Origin: Octopus bimaculoides
Taxonomy: Eukaryota
Direction of reading: 5' to 3'
DNA: 64,000 nt
NCBI RefSeq assembly: GCF_001194135.2
Contig: NC_068984.1
Location: 76,345,131 to 76,409,130 of the forward strand
In this document: positions 61,516 through 64,000 of the stretch, in pieces
How the letters are laid out: every line of letters begins with the position of its first letter
Position numbering within the stretch: the stretch's first letter is position 1
The notes under the pieces: generated by a model
The model's input: the letters and a program-made list of their open reading frames with translations, nothing else
Told to the model about the DNA's origin: nothing
Database searches by the model: none
Translations under genes and position numbers: made by a program

Positions 61516-61600
<85 letters not shown>
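61516..61600. repeat. (TG)n-(TA)n microsatellite; further TA/TG/CA low-complexity DNA at 62160-62660 and 63105-63450
   Basis: direct reading. Confidence 0.95.
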
Positions 61601-62464
61601 GGTGAGAAAGTTGGTAATGTTTATATATCAAAAAGATTTTCTAACATTTTTCTGACATAATTTAAATATATACTTTAACCATGTAACACAAGCCTTCTGT
61701 AGTTTTTTCACTCTTATTATCTTTTATATATATATCTGTGTGTATACTATATATGTATTCTTTTGTTCTTTTACTTGTTTAAGTCATTGGATTGTGGCCA
61801 TGGCTGGGCACTGCCTTGACAGTCATATCTGATTAAACTGATACCAGTTATTTTTCTGTGTTATACCGGTTAGTTATTGAAGCGGTTTCTTCTAGCCCAA
61901 AGTAATGGCAATGAAAGTAAGCCAACACTGTTTGTCAAGTGGTGAAAAAACAAACACAAATCCTCATACATACACACACAAATGCCCAACTGGGACACAC
62001 ATACACACACAAGCTATCCTGTAGCTTACATTAACAAAATTCCATTAAAAGGTATTGGTTGACCTGTAGGTTGAAGGAAGACACTTGCCCAAAGAGCCAT
62101 GCAGTGAGACTGAGCCCAAAACCATGTTGATTGTAAAGTGAACTTCTACCCATATAGCCATGTCTGTATATATAAATATATATAGATACACACACACACA
62201 CACACACATCTATATAGTTATTATATATCTTTTATAGTTATATACATCTGTATAGTTATTATACACTTACATACATGCTCAAGCATACACACACAGTCCA
62301 ACAGCAGTAGATGTTCAAGCAGTGAAGCAAAGTAGTTTAGCATTTACTATTACAACAAATATTATATACACATAAAAATAATTATGTATATTACATTCCT
62401 TTGTCAGAGAACTAAAACATTTCATGTTTGTGCATGTGTTTATATATGTGCGTGTGTGTGTGTG

Positions 62465-62503
<39 letters not shown>

Positions 62504-62568
62504 NNNNNNNNNNNNNNNNNNNNNNNNNNNNNNNNNNNNNNNNNNNNNNNNNNNNNNNNNNNNNNNNN

Positions 62569-62604
<36 letters not shown>

Positions 62605-62621
62605 CACACACACATACATAT

Positions 62622-62663
<42 letters not shown>

Positions 62664-64000
62664 GGTATTTACGTTTTTATGCAGATATAAAAAGTGCTCA
62701 ATGCACACCTGTGTGTAGTGTTTGTAACTGTGTGTTGGTAAACTGAATTATATTCTCTCAGACCTAAAGGTTTTGTGTAATTGATGTGTGGTCAGCTGCA
62801 CTCACCAAATAAGTCTAAACACCATCAGGCTTTATGACAAGTACGATAATCACCCAAGTATGAAGAAATAATCCAGTATGCCAACATATAATTATATGTG
62901 CATGTGTGTGAATAGATATTAATAAGAGGCCACACCAATGGATGTAAACAATTGCATCAGGTTGTAACAGTTCTCAGACGAAGATTGCAGCGTGGTGTGA
63001 AACTGGATTCACAAGATAAATATTCAGCTTAAATAAACTGTTCACTCTATGAGTATTCCATACTTTTTTATCATTCATTCAACATACTTATCAACTTTTG
63101 AAATACACACACACACACACACATATACATATATATAAAATATATATCTGTGTGTAAATGTACATACATATTTATGTGTATTTATGTGTGTATATATATA
63201 TATATATATATACATACACATACACATATGTATGTGTGTGTGTATATATATGTGCATATATATTCATATGTATATAATTGTATGCATGCATATATACATA
63301 TATATATATATATGCATATGTACAATTATATACATATAAATATATATGCACATATTTATACACACACACATTCATACATATGTGTGTCTATATACACGTG
63401 TGTGTGTACATATGGGTATTTATATGTACACACATATATATAATTAGATATCATTTGATTTTATGTCTATTGTTCCAGGCTAGCATGGTTTACATGTATA
63501 ATGGTTTTACAGCTGGATGCTCTTCCTGTCACTTACTCTTGTGGATTAACAATGATACTAATGCTTTCATGTGGGAAGTTCACAATTTTTCAAGTGTTCC
63601 ACATAAGAATGTTGGTAATCCATTTCCATGTCATCTAACATGGAAGTGAATTTCTAAAATTTTTGAAGTGAATGTTTGAAAAATTGCAAGCACCTAACAT
63701 GAAACCATTGGTAACATTGTTAATCTACAGATAAAGTATATACACACACACAGACATATTTCAACACTTATCTAAGAGGTCTAATTAGGTGTGCAGTGTA
63801 TGTCACACACCTGTGTGTTCTCAAACAGCATGATCAATATTGGGAGAAGACTGGGAAAATTGGGAAAACAAGGTACTCTTTATCTTCATTATATAATTGA
63901 GTACTGTTTGATGAGTACCAGTGAGACTTCAAAGCCTTTGATACCAGTGAAAACAGTCAGGATGTTTCTCTTATGGTTGCACCAATTCTGCTGTCCCCAC

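Noticed and set aside
60750-64000. 3' end of a minus-strand gene (TTTATT near 60765; GTGAG donor near 62803)
   Set aside because: All three frames next to the donor contain stops, and AATAAA is common by chance in this composition.

Overview
AT-rich, repeat-dense animal genomic DNA with six N gaps. The SINE families, microsatellite load and long introns point to a coleoid cephalopod, probably Octopus; this is inferred from repeat content, not searched. One protein-coding gene is well supported. Thirteen + strand GT-AG exons between 4457 and 40343 splice with fully consistent phases into 2052 nt (683 aa plus stop) of a very hydrophobic polytopic membrane protein whose 5' part probably lies upstream of the window. 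By eye, and against a remembered sequence, it aligns over most of its length with plant NO EXINE FORMATION 1 (NEF1). The rest is transposon debris: at least five SINE-like families, RTE, CR1-like and R4/Dong LINE fragments, Tc1 and mariner fragments, a Helitron helicase remnant plus a second Helitron end, several TIR MITEs and many microsatellites. Unexplained structure includes a near loop-less 111-bp palindrome upstream of an exon, a branch-point-bearing ~38-bp minisatellite forming the last 3' splice site, a candidate poison micro-exon, three apparent locally templated insertions, and a CpG-retaining domain downstream of the gene. No second gene could be supported in 41-64 kb.
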